DNA of 25,479 nucleotides, taken from positions 1-25,479 of the forward strand of contig JAZDJS010000047.1 of NCBI GenBank assembly GCA_043803745.1, read 5' to 3'. The notes under the pieces were generated by a model. It saw nothing but the letters and a program-made list of their open reading frames with translations. It searched no databases and was not told the origin of the DNA. This stretch comes from an archaeon. Its GTDB lineage: Archaea; SpSt-1190; DYHY01. This document shows positions 1-7,283 of the stretch, in pieces. Position 1 is the first letter of the stretch. Every line of letters starts with the position of its first letter. Position numbers and translations under genes: made by a program.

Positions 1-2
1 TT

Positions 3-515
3 CCCGCCGGATTATCAGTTAACGATTTGAAAGGCGTTGATTTGATAGATTTGGAAAAAGCCGTAAAAAAGCTCGTAAAAAAAGCTGATTTCGTTCTTCT
101 TGATGCGGCTGCCGGCCTTGGCAGGGAAGCAATTGTGACAATGAAAGCGTGTGATGAAGCGATTTTCGTTACAATTCCGCAGGCGCCGTCAGCAGTTGAC
201 ATAATGAGATGCCACAAACTCGTACAAAAGTATGGACGAACCGCGCTTGGCGTAGTTGTTAACATGGTCCATAACAAGGCCCATGAATTTTCCTCCCTTG
301 AAATCGAAACCCTTACAGATCTTCCAGTTATTGCTAAAATTCCATTTGACTACAACATACACAAAGCACTTTCAGAACGGAAGGTATTGCTCTATTATCG
401 GCCAAATTCTAAAGCAATGGCAGCATATCGGAAAATAGGTGCTTGGCTTTGCGGGGTTGATTACAAGGAACAGTCGGTTCTGGCGAGAATTTCAAATTGG
501 CTCAAATATAGATAG
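3..515 (+). CDS. minD: MinD/ParA-family ATPase, C-terminal part (5' end outside the window)
   Basis: The frame is open from the window edge (PAGLSVNDLKGVD...). It has a MinD-type Walker B/switch region DFVLLDAAAGLGREA, the motifs LGVVVN and LPVIAKIPFD, and a C-terminal amphipathic helix (SVLARISNWLKYR) like a MinD membrane-targeting sequence. Confidence 0.85.
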   Translation, partial: PAGLSVNDLKGVDLIDLEKAVKKLVKKADFVLLDAAAGLGREAIVTMKACDEAIFVTIPQAPSAVDIMRCHKLVQKYGRTALGVVVNMVHNKAHEFSSLEIETLTDLPVIAKIPFDYNIHKALSERKVLLYYRPNSKAMAAYRKIGAWLCGVDYKEQSVLARISNWLKYR

Positions 516-588
516 GATTAGAGTAAGCCGAGCGCCAGCGAACGGTTGACACGCCCTCGGCAATCCGTCGAAAAGACACGGATTCCCT

Positions 589-1754
589 TTCCGACACATC
601 AACTTAACCTGTCGAAGGGCACTTCAGATGGCTTCCTAGCAGCCAATTCAGTTGACGATTCTCCAGCCACCTGTCGGAACTGTCCATCCTGTCGAGGGAC
701 TTTCCAGCAGGTCGACTGTACAATTCTGTCGTGCCCGTTCCAGAGAGGCTGATTTTTTGTAAAACAGTTCTATACCTTTAACCCTCCTTATTGGTTCTTC
801 CAATAGTTGGAACTTTCAGAGTTTTTCCATTTGAGGTTTTCGGCGCAGAAAGCGATTCTCGAAAGCACTCAGTTCGCTTCGTTCCCTCGTCACAATCGGA
901 AGTTTCCGGGTCAGTAGGACTTGTCCCAATTTCAATCAAGTCAAGCGACCGGTTGGTTGAGAATGTGTCGAAAAAATCACTTTTCCAGGCCAAAATACCA
1001 ACATTTAGTCGTAACATAAGGATAAATAATTGAGCTTTTCAATAGTCCTAGGAGTTCCAGGAGCCAAATACCGCAATGTCAGAAACTCAAAGCTTTCTTA
1101 GAAAAGTTGCTGGATTTGACGACCTTCAGAGGGAACTGACGGAACACAAGACTGCCGTTTTGGCACGTTTCGATGAACTTGACCGACAGGTAAAACGGGT
1201 CGGGGACTCTGTCGCTTATGCAAATCAGCAGCTTCTTGAGCTGAGGGAAAAGCTTGAAAACGTCGAGATTTTGATGAAACGGCTTGAGCCGAAAGAAACG
1301 AAGGAACACAGAGCAAGGAAGGAGCACAATTTCAACGAGGTTGAGGAGAAGATTCTTGAGGTAGTAAGGAAAGGAAGCCAAGTTAGCGCTTCGGAAGCCT
1401 CTTTATTATCTGGCCTTTCCCGCACAAGAGCAAGCGAAATCCTCAACGAACTTGCAAGGAAATCGATAATCCGGAAGGAAAAGAAGGGAAAAATCAGCTT
1501 TTTCATACTCAACTCCGATGTGTCGGAGAGGGCTTCAGGAGGACCGAAGGAGACTAAATGACGCCGTTTCAGAGAAACCCACCCAAATCCCCAGACCTGA
1601 CGGAACTAAAGAAAGTCGTTTCTTCGGAAATACCCCAAACCAAACCCCCCCAACTGAAGAAACCTCCCGAAGAACTAGCTGAATTTGTCCTGAGACGAGA
1701 CAAAATAGAGGCCAAATCTCTGCTGCCTGAAAAAGGTCCCGACACATCGGAGTT
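589..1754. repeat. Cluster of TGTCG(G/A) boxes, including two copies of a 16-bp palindromic-core site
   Basis: CCTGTCGR at 608, 670, 688 and 1183 (reverse). ATGTGTCGR at 591-599 (reverse), 963, 1518 and 1739-1747 (reverse). AACTCCGATGTGTCGG (1511-1526) recurs exactly as its reverse complement at 1739-1754, with a CCGA-N4-TCGG core. Confidence 0.65.
1076..1561 (+). CDS. Coiled-coil plus winged helix-turn-helix DNA-binding protein
   Basis: N-terminal heptad-rich helix (LDRQVKRV...LLELREKLENVE). C-terminal EEKILEVVRKGSQVSASEASLLSGLSRTRASEILNELARKSIIRKEKKGKISFF is a typical wHTH. Confidence 0.8.
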   Translation: MSETQSFLRKVAGFDDLQRELTEHKTAVLARFDELDRQVKRVGDSVAYANQQLLELREKLENVEILMKRLEPKETKEHRARKEHNFNEVEEKILEVVRKGSQVSASEASLLSGLSRTRASEILNELARKSIIRKEKKGKISFFILNSDVSERASGGPKETK

Positions 1755-2178
1755 TTCTGCAAAGGTAATTTTGCTTGGAAATCTTGTCCAGGAAATTTCC
1801 CTTGATTCTCAGATGAAAAGGAAGGATGAGCTTGAAAACGCTCTTTTTGTTCTTGAGAAGGAACACCTTAACGGGCTTGCTTCGGATAGCAGTTACTTTG
1901 ATATCAAGGCAAGGATAATAAAAGAGCTGAAAAAACTTGATGAGAAGTTAGCCTTAATTTCGGCATATTCAGAAAAGAACAAGAATTTCAAATCAACTGT
2001 TGCTGAGATTGAGGAACTTGTTGAACCGCTTGTCCAAGCTGCCAAGAAAACCGAGGAAACCGACAAAGTCGAAGGGACCCTTTCCGAAATTACCAAGAAA
2101 TATTTGGCAGGGGAACTTGGAGAGGAAAATTATTACGATTTGAAGGCCAAACTGGCAGTCAAGCTCAGCTCGGTCTAA
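1558..2178 (+). CDS. Helical/coiled-coil protein with two SHOCT-like repeats
   Basis: The start overlaps the stop of the wHTH gene (ATGA). Repeats LEKEHLNGLASDSSYFDIKARI and ITKKYLAGELGEENYYDLKAKL fit the SHOCT pattern L..G.i.eeeY...K..l. Confidence 0.65.
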   Translation: MTPFQRNPPKSPDLTELKKVVSSEIPQTKPPQLKKPPEELAEFVLRRDKIEAKSLLPEKGPDTSEFSAKVILLGNLVQEISLDSQMKRKDELENALFVLEKEHLNGLASDSSYFDIKARIIKELKKLDEKLALISAYSEKNKNFKSTVAEIEELVEPLVQAAKKTEETDKVEGTLSEITKKYLAGELGEENYYDLKAKLAVKLSSV

Positions 2179-2281
2179 GCGCCTCTTGTTGACCCTCGCG
2201 CCTTCAGGCGCGGGAGGAAACGGCGCTTGACATGAACTACCGCCTATATTGACCCTCGCCCATTCATGGGCAGGTAGTTCA
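2177..2281 (-). mobile_element. Twin-hairpin element resembling a non-autonomous IS200/IS605-type (PATE/REP-like) element
   Basis: Two units 60 bp apart share TTGACCCTCGC and a 5-bp hairpin with a TTCA loop (GCGCC/GGCGC and GCCCA/TGGGC). Each is enclosed by its own stem (AAGCGCC/GGCGCTT and TGAACTACC/GGTAGTTCA). The minus strand reads AACTACC-hairpin...TTCCTCCC-hairpin, like IS200/IS605 left and right ends. Confidence 0.55.
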
Positions 2282-2353
2282 GTTTTCTGAGTTTTTTGGT
2301 GCGACCATTCAGAGACGAATTGCATTAATATCAAGTCCGCACAGTTTAGAAAC

Positions 2354-3412
2354 ATGCTGTTCTCCCCAACAACCTTTGCAATTGGCGCAATACTGAAAAT
2401 TTTCGTCCTTCTTGCCCCGCTTGCAGCAAGCGTCCTGCTTTCCTGGCGGTATGATTCGGTTTCCGAGAAAAAAAAGGGCCGCATCCTTTTCTTCGGTTTC
2501 TCCATATTTCTCGTTCTTCACTTGATTTTCCTTGATGCGGTTATGTTCCGCGAAATTGACTCGCCAATGCCCGCAGAATTCAAAAGCCCGATTGAGCTGA
2601 TTTTCTCCTATCTTTTCCTCCTTGCGGCAGTTGCCGCCCTATATTTCTGGTCCTCGACGCTTGAAAACCGGCTTTTCGGACAGCCCCTTTTCAACAGGCA
2701 TTTTCTCGTGCTTATCCTCGCTTCCGGAGCGGGCGCCCTTGTTTTCGCAAGCCAGTTCGGGAGCTTACCGATTGAAACGGTCTCGAGCTCCGCCCTCTAT
2801 ACAGTTTCCTGGATTCTTGTCCCAGCGATTTACGTTTCCCTTTACAACATATATTCAAAGTTCAAGACGAAATTCTCCAAGCTCGTCCTGCTTGGCGCCC
2901 TTGTGAGCGTTTCAAACCCGGTAATTTTCACATTCGCCGTCAAGTCCTGTTTCCAGGCGGGCGCCCTTTCATTTGACACTTTCTATTCCCTTCGGGGAGT
3001 CGCAATGGCGGTTTCAGTTGTCGGGGCCGCCCTTGCAAGCGTCCCCGCGTTTTCTTTCCTCAAAGACCTTCTTATGCAAATTGAAGACCTCCGCATCCAG
3101 CAGAAATCGGTTTTCTCGAGATTTGTCCACGAATTCGTTTTCAGATATTCCAGGATAATCGGAAAGGTGAGCTGGACGATTTACGAAAGCGCTCTTGCGG
3201 ATTTCGGGAAAGCCCCCGATTGGGAACTGGATTCCCTCCCGGAAGCAAAGAAGCGCGATTTCCTGGGCGCCGCATTTTCCAAATACCTTTCCCTGACCGG
3301 GCTCATTTCCAAAAGAATCTGCTGGGATGCATTCTCCTCCTCAGCGGAATTCAGGAAAAATCGGCCTGTCAACGCAGCCGTCCTTGCGTTCACTGAGCGG
3401 AAATATCAGTAA
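2354..3412 (+). CDS. Seven-transmembrane membrane protein with a C-terminal cytoplasmic helical domain (putative sensor)
   Basis: Seven hydrophobic segments in about aa 8-236. The soluble ~110-aa tail contains YSRIIGKVSWTI and YLSLTGLISKRI, similar to the 4988..5338 protein. Confidence 0.75.
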   Translation: MLFSPTTFAIGAILKIFVLLAPLAASVLLSWRYDSVSEKKKGRILFFGFSIFLVLHLIFLDAVMFREIDSPMPAEFKSPIELIFSYLFLLAAVAALYFWSSTLENRLFGQPLFNRHFLVLILASGAGALVFASQFGSLPIETVSSSALYTVSWILVPAIYVSLYNIYSKFKTKFSKLVLLGALVSVSNPVIFTFAVKSCFQAGALSFDTFYSLRGVAMAVSVVGAALASVPAFSFLKDLLMQIEDLRIQQKSVFSRFVHEFVFRYSRIIGKVSWTIYESALADFGKAPDWELDSLPEAKKRDFLGAAFSKYLSLTGLISKRICWDAFSSSAEFRKNRPVNAAVLAFTERKYQ

Positions 3413-4775
3413 TTTCCATCCCTGGCTTGTGCTTGTCAAGCACCGCCTGCCGCTCTTCCGGGGAATACTGCCTTAGGTCAAGCTTAAGCTCGAACGCAGT
3501 CACCTCGCCCCCGCCAATTTGCAGGAACGCATTAACCGGGGCGTTCTCAGGAATCCCGTATCTGTCGCTTCCGGCTGTCGAGTATTCTACGAACCGCCTG
3601 TAGATTCCGGTCCGCTCCTCCGGAGAAAGCTCCCGGGTTGTCTCAAGGGTTGCGCTTATTGCGCGCGGCACGCCCCCTTCAGTTTCATGGCGCGCAGTCC
3701 CTAGTCCCGTCAGAATGTCCGGGAAATCCGAGGCAAGGGCCGCTTTCACATCCTGGAAGAATTTTGCGGGGTAGTGTTTTATCGGTTCGTCAGCTTTCCT
3801 GCCGACAATCTCGATTCTTGGGGAAACGCGTTCCCCGCACGGGCAGGAATAGTCAAAAGTCCCAACATCCCCGGTTTCGCAATTGAGAGCTGCATATTCC
3901 GCAGGCTTCAGATGGCTCATAACAATTTCGCCGGTTCCTTCGTCAAGGAAAGCCCGCTTTATCGTGCTCAGATGGTTGTGCCCGAGGGTGCAAGGAGTCG
4001 TCCAGATTCCGTGCTCAATCGAGTTTATCGCGTTAATAACTGGAATCCCGAGTTCTTCCTCCAGGAATTCCTTGTCAGCCGCAGGCAGCGCGCTTCCACC
4101 CATGTAAATTCCCCGGAGCTTACTCCCGCCCCCGGCAATGAGCTTGCGCGCGTCAGGATGCCTGAGGAAAGCGGGTCCGACCATTGTGTAAGTGAAAATG
4201 AATTCAGCTTCCGGAAGGATTCGCATGAAAGCGCCGAAATCGTAAGTGTCAAGCCAGCTTGCGTCGGCAAGCCCATAGAGCTTGCAAAGCATCGGGATCA
4301 GCCCCTTCAAGGAGCTTTTTTCCGGGACAAGGACAGTCATCTTGTCCTTGCGGCCGATTCCCAGGGCGTCAAAATAGACGTCCATTGCCCTTGCTTCGCT
4401 CCCAAGGTTGAGAATTGAGAACGGCCTCTCCTTTTGGGTTCCCGTTGTCCCGCTTGTGTGCGCGGATTTCAAGAGGAATTTCGGTATGTTTTTCCTGGTC
4501 AGGCCGGGCATCCGTTCCCGCAAGTCATCCTCAGTTACCCTGAATCCGGACGAATCAAGCTCGGCAAAGGAACTTATCTGCCGCGGGTCGGTTACTCCTA
4601 GCGCCCGGAGTTTTTCCGGAACGAGGTCGGTTGTTCGCCAGTAGAGCGGGAGCACATTTCTCAAAGCAGCATCCTGCGCAGCTTCCAGTTCCTCAGCGGT
4701 TCCGTACGGGAATCGCGGCGCTGAAAATGCGAATCCCTTTTCCAATTTTTCCGGCTTTGAATCTCTTTTCACCAT
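3390..4775 (-). CDS. Phenylacetate-CoA ligase / coenzyme F390 synthetase-like adenylate-forming enzyme
   Basis: ANL-family motifs: HTSGTTG P-loop, YMGGSAL, and ETGDVG...CPCG...IEIVGRKAD hinge. It overlaps the 7TM gene convergently by 23 bp. Confidence 0.8.
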   Translation of the reverse strand: MVKRDSKPEKLEKGFAFSAPRFPYGTAEELEAAQDAALRNVLPLYWRTTDLVPEKLRALGVTDPRQISSFAELDSSGFRVTEDDLRERMPGLTRKNIPKFLLKSAHTSGTTGTQKERPFSILNLGSEARAMDVYFDALGIGRKDKMTVLVPEKSSLKGLIPMLCKLYGLADASWLDTYDFGAFMRILPEAEFIFTYTMVGPAFLRHPDARKLIAGGGSKLRGIYMGGSALPAADKEFLEEELGIPVINAINSIEHGIWTTPCTLGHNHLSTIKRAFLDEGTGEIVMSHLKPAEYAALNCETGDVGTFDYSCPCGERVSPRIEIVGRKADEPIKHYPAKFFQDVKAALASDFPDILTGLGTARHETEGGVPRAISATLETTRELSPEERTGIYRRFVEYSTAGSDRYGIPENAPVNAFLQIGGGEVTAFELKLDLRQYSPEERQAVLDKHKPGMEITDISAQ

Positions 4776-4945
4776 TTCGCCTCAAAAACCCCTTTGTTTC
4801 CGGAAGAAAATTCCAAGAATATAAATATTTCCGACAAAAAATCAGTAATTTTTACGAAATCTGAGTGGGAAACTTAGCTCCCTCCGAAGGAATTGCGAAA
4901 GCCCGGTAAAAAAAAGGAAAGTTCTAGCGGGAACTGAAGGCAAAT

Positions 4946-4963
4946 AGAAAGAAACTTTAAATA
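4946..4963 (+). promoter_or_regulatory. BRE/TATA promoter of the Roadblock-GTPase-KaiC operon
   Basis: Purine run followed by TTTAAATA (4956-4963), about 25 nt before the ATG at 4988, consistent with a leaderless transcript. Confidence 0.55.
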
Positions 4964-4987
4964 CACTGGAGAAAGTAACTGGAACTG

Positions 4988-5338
4988 ATGGCAGTTTCCC
5001 CTGAGGGCAGGAAAGCGTTCTATGATTCGGTCTGCGCCGAAATTGTCAAGGAAGTCGCGAGGATGATAGGCACCACTGCGAACACGCTTGCGGGAACGGT
5101 CCAAGGGATAATACTCAAGAAGGAATCGTTATCGACGTCCGACGCCTTCGGCCCGAAGAACCTTGAGGAACTGGTCAACGTTTACGTCAAGATAATAGGG
5201 CCGGTTGCCAAGACGCTTGCGGGCCGGGCTGTCGTGCGCGTCAAGGAAGTTGGCGAGGATGAGGAACGTGCGGAGCTCCTCCCGAACTGGCTTGCCGAAA
5301 GCGTCAAGGCCCTTTCCGGGTCTGAAGGAGCGCATTGA
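4988..5338 (+). CDS. Small alpha-helical protein (possibly NitrOD5-like signalling domain)
   Basis: First gene of a tightly packed operon. It has an internal repeat, VARMIGTTANTLA / YVKIIGPVAKTLA. The family assignment is from memory and unverified. Confidence 0.65.
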   Translation: MAVSPEGRKAFYDSVCAEIVKEVARMIGTTANTLAGTVQGIILKKESLSTSDAFGPKNLEELVNVYVKIIGPVAKTLAGRAVVRVKEVGEDEERAELLPNWLAESVKALSGSEGAH

Positions 5339-5341
5339 ACG

Positions 5342-5752
5342 ATGGCGGAAGAACCCGGCGGGAACAACTCCCCGGAAAGCATCGAGGGGAAACTCGAACA
5401 TCTCCTTTCCTTCCTTGAAACTCTTCCGGAAATACATGCAACAGCCGTAGTGAGGCGAGACGGTTTGATGATAGCGTCCTCACTGCCGAAGACGGTCGAT
5501 TCCCGAACTTTCGCGGCAATGTCCGCGGCAATTGTCGGGACCGCTGAAACCTCCGCCACCGAATTGCAGCTCGGGCGCTTCCTCCAAGTGATTGTCGAGG
5601 CTGAGAAGGGGAAAATGATTGCAACGGGAGCCGGAAGCGTCGCGATTCTCATCTGTCTTGTCACTGAACGGGCCAACCTCGGGCTGGTCCTCCTTGAAAT
5701 GGGTAGGGTTGCCCGCCAGGTTGCCGATACCCTGGAGGGCTCCGCGGAATGA
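5342..5752 (+). CDS. Roadblock/LC7 (MglB-like) protein 1
   Basis: Motifs AVVRRDGLMIASSLP, AAMSAAIVGTAE, QVIVEAEKGKMI and NLGLVLLEM are typical of Roadblock proteins. Confidence 0.92.
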   Translation: MAEEPGGNNSPESIEGKLEHLLSFLETLPEIHATAVVRRDGLMIASSLPKTVDSRTFAAMSAAIVGTAETSATELQLGRFLQVIVEAEKGKMIATGAGSVAILICLVTERANLGLVLLEMGRVARQVADTLEGSAE

Positions 5753-6894
5753 GCCCCGCCCTGAAAACGGGAATCCCGAAGCTTGACGAACTCCTTCTCG
5801 GGGGAATTCCGGAAGGCGCAGCAGTGCTGATAACCGGGCTCCTCGGCGCGGACATCGAGACATTCGGGCAGCAGATTGCGTCGAAAACCTGCGAAAGCGC
5901 GCAGTGCCTTTATTTCGTTTCTGACAAGATGCCCTCCCTCGTCAGGGAAAGAATGGGCGCCCTCAAGTTCCCCTCGACCGACAAGCTCCATTTCGTTGAC
6001 GGATATTCCGCTTCAATCGGCATGTCGACAATTGAAGAATTCCATACAAAGAAATCCGGCGAGATCGAAGGGGTAATTTCCGAGGCGGCGAAGAAAGTCT
6101 TCCCGAAGCTCCTTGTATTCGACTCGCTTTCATCCAGCAATTTTGCGAACGGAAAGTCCTTTTGCGAAAGGGTAACCGACCTGAGCAGGCTTGCAAAATC
6201 TTTCGGGGCTGTGGCGGTTTTCCTCTTCCCGCGGCTTGGCGAGGAGGACGAGGCCTTTGCGAAGGAGCTTTCGAAATCTTTCGAGGAAACGATTTCCATC
6301 GATTCCGTCGCAGAGAACTTCATTGAGCGGAGCTTCTACACCGTTTCGACAAAGGGAGAAATCCATGTCCCGTTCAAGGTCACCGCAAGCGGAATCTCCC
6401 TTTACGTCCCGAAGATAATCGTCACCGGTCCATACCATTCCGGAAAATCGACGTTCATACACAAGATTTCGACAAAGGCGATTTCAGTCGACCGCCTCGG
6501 GACAACGGTCGCTCTCGACCATGGCTGCGTTGAATACAAGGGCTTCTCAGTCGACCTTTTCGGGACCCCCGGTCAGGAGGCGTTCAATTTCATCCTTCCG
6601 ATAATCTCGAGGGACACCTTCGGAGTGATACTGATAGTTGATTCGAGCGACAGGAACTCGTTTCCCCGCGCAAGGGAGATGATCGACCTCGTCTCCGGCG
6701 GACGGATTCCCTTCGTCGTTGCCGCGAACAAGAGCGACCTTCCCGGGGTCCTCGTTCCCGATGAGATACGGGCGCTGCTCACGCTCGGGACGAACGTTCC
6801 AATAATCAAGACGGTTTCGACAACAGGGGAAGGGATTTTCGAGACCCTTGTCGCGCTTTTCGACATAATAACGGGATTCCGGAGGTGGAACTGA
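5749..6894 (+). CDS. KaiC/RAD55-like domain (degenerate Walker A) fused to an MglA/CvnD-like small GTPase
   Basis: N-terminal KTGIPKLDELLLGGIPEG and LVFDSLS, with Walker A read as GLLGADIE. C-terminal G1 GPYHSGKST, G2 TTVALD, G3 FGTPGQ and G4 NKSD. Confidence 0.9.
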   Translation: MSPALKTGIPKLDELLLGGIPEGAAVLITGLLGADIETFGQQIASKTCESAQCLYFVSDKMPSLVRERMGALKFPSTDKLHFVDGYSASIGMSTIEEFHTKKSGEIEGVISEAAKKVFPKLLVFDSLSSSNFANGKSFCERVTDLSRLAKSFGAVAVFLFPRLGEEDEAFAKELSKSFEETISIDSVAENFIERSFYTVSTKGEIHVPFKVTASGISLYVPKIIVTGPYHSGKSTFIHKISTKAISVDRLGTTVALDHGCVEYKGFSVDLFGTPGQEAFNFILPIISRDTFGVILIVDSSDRNSFPRAREMIDLVSGGRIPFVVAANKSDLPGVLVPDEIRALLTLGTNVPIIKTVSTTGEGIFETLVALFDIITGFRRWN

Positions 6895-7274
6895 AGAACA
6901 TGGGACTGGATGAAAAACAATCCGAACTTGAGACAATACTTGCCCGGCTCGCCGAGTTCCCTGACATTTTGGGGTCGGCAATAGTGAGGAAGGACGGGCT
7001 GATGATAACTTCCTCCCTTTCCGGGAAGCTTGATTCGCGCGCAATTGCCGCAATGGCTGCCGCGATAGTCGGGACCGCGGAAACCTCGGCATCCGAGCTC
7101 GGGCTCGGGAAATTCCCGCAGGTGATTGTCGAGGCTGAGAAGGGGAAGCTGATCGCAACCGGAGCAGGAACCCAAGCGCTCCTTGTCTGCATGGTGCGGG
7201 CAACGGGAAACCTCGGGCTAGTCCTCCTTGAGATGGGGCGCGCTTCGGAAAAGATTTCAAACAAGCTGGAGTGA
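6885..7274 (+). CDS. Roadblock/LC7 (MglB-like) protein 2 (start may be the ATG at 6900)
   Basis: Motifs AIVRKDGLMITSSL, AAMAAAIVGTAE and NLGLVLLEM. It is a close paralog of 5342..5752. Confidence 0.92.
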   Translation: MELKNMGLDEKQSELETILARLAEFPDILGSAIVRKDGLMITSSLSGKLDSRAIAAMAAAIVGTAETSASELGLGKFPQVIVEAEKGKLIATGAGTQALLVCMVRATGNLGLVLLEMGRASEKISNKLE

Positions 7275-7283
7275 GGGACCAAA

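Noticed and set aside
546-1033. Short ORFs 546..752, 778..1017 and 791..1033
   Set aside because: They overlap or are antisense to each other, have atypical composition and show no motifs. The region is better explained as a cis-acting spacer.
661-1072. TTCCA boxes as possible ORB elements (oriC), including the TTCCAGG..CCAAA(A)TACC repeat at 983 and 1055
   Set aside because: Only 5-7 bp match the GTTCCAGTGGAAAC consensus, and there is no G-string or adjacent cdc6/orc1. Not supportable without GC-skew data.
2354-3412. Microbial rhodopsin or true GPCR homolog
   Set aside because: No retinal-binding DxxxK in helix 7 and no GPCR motifs. Only the 7TM topology is shared.
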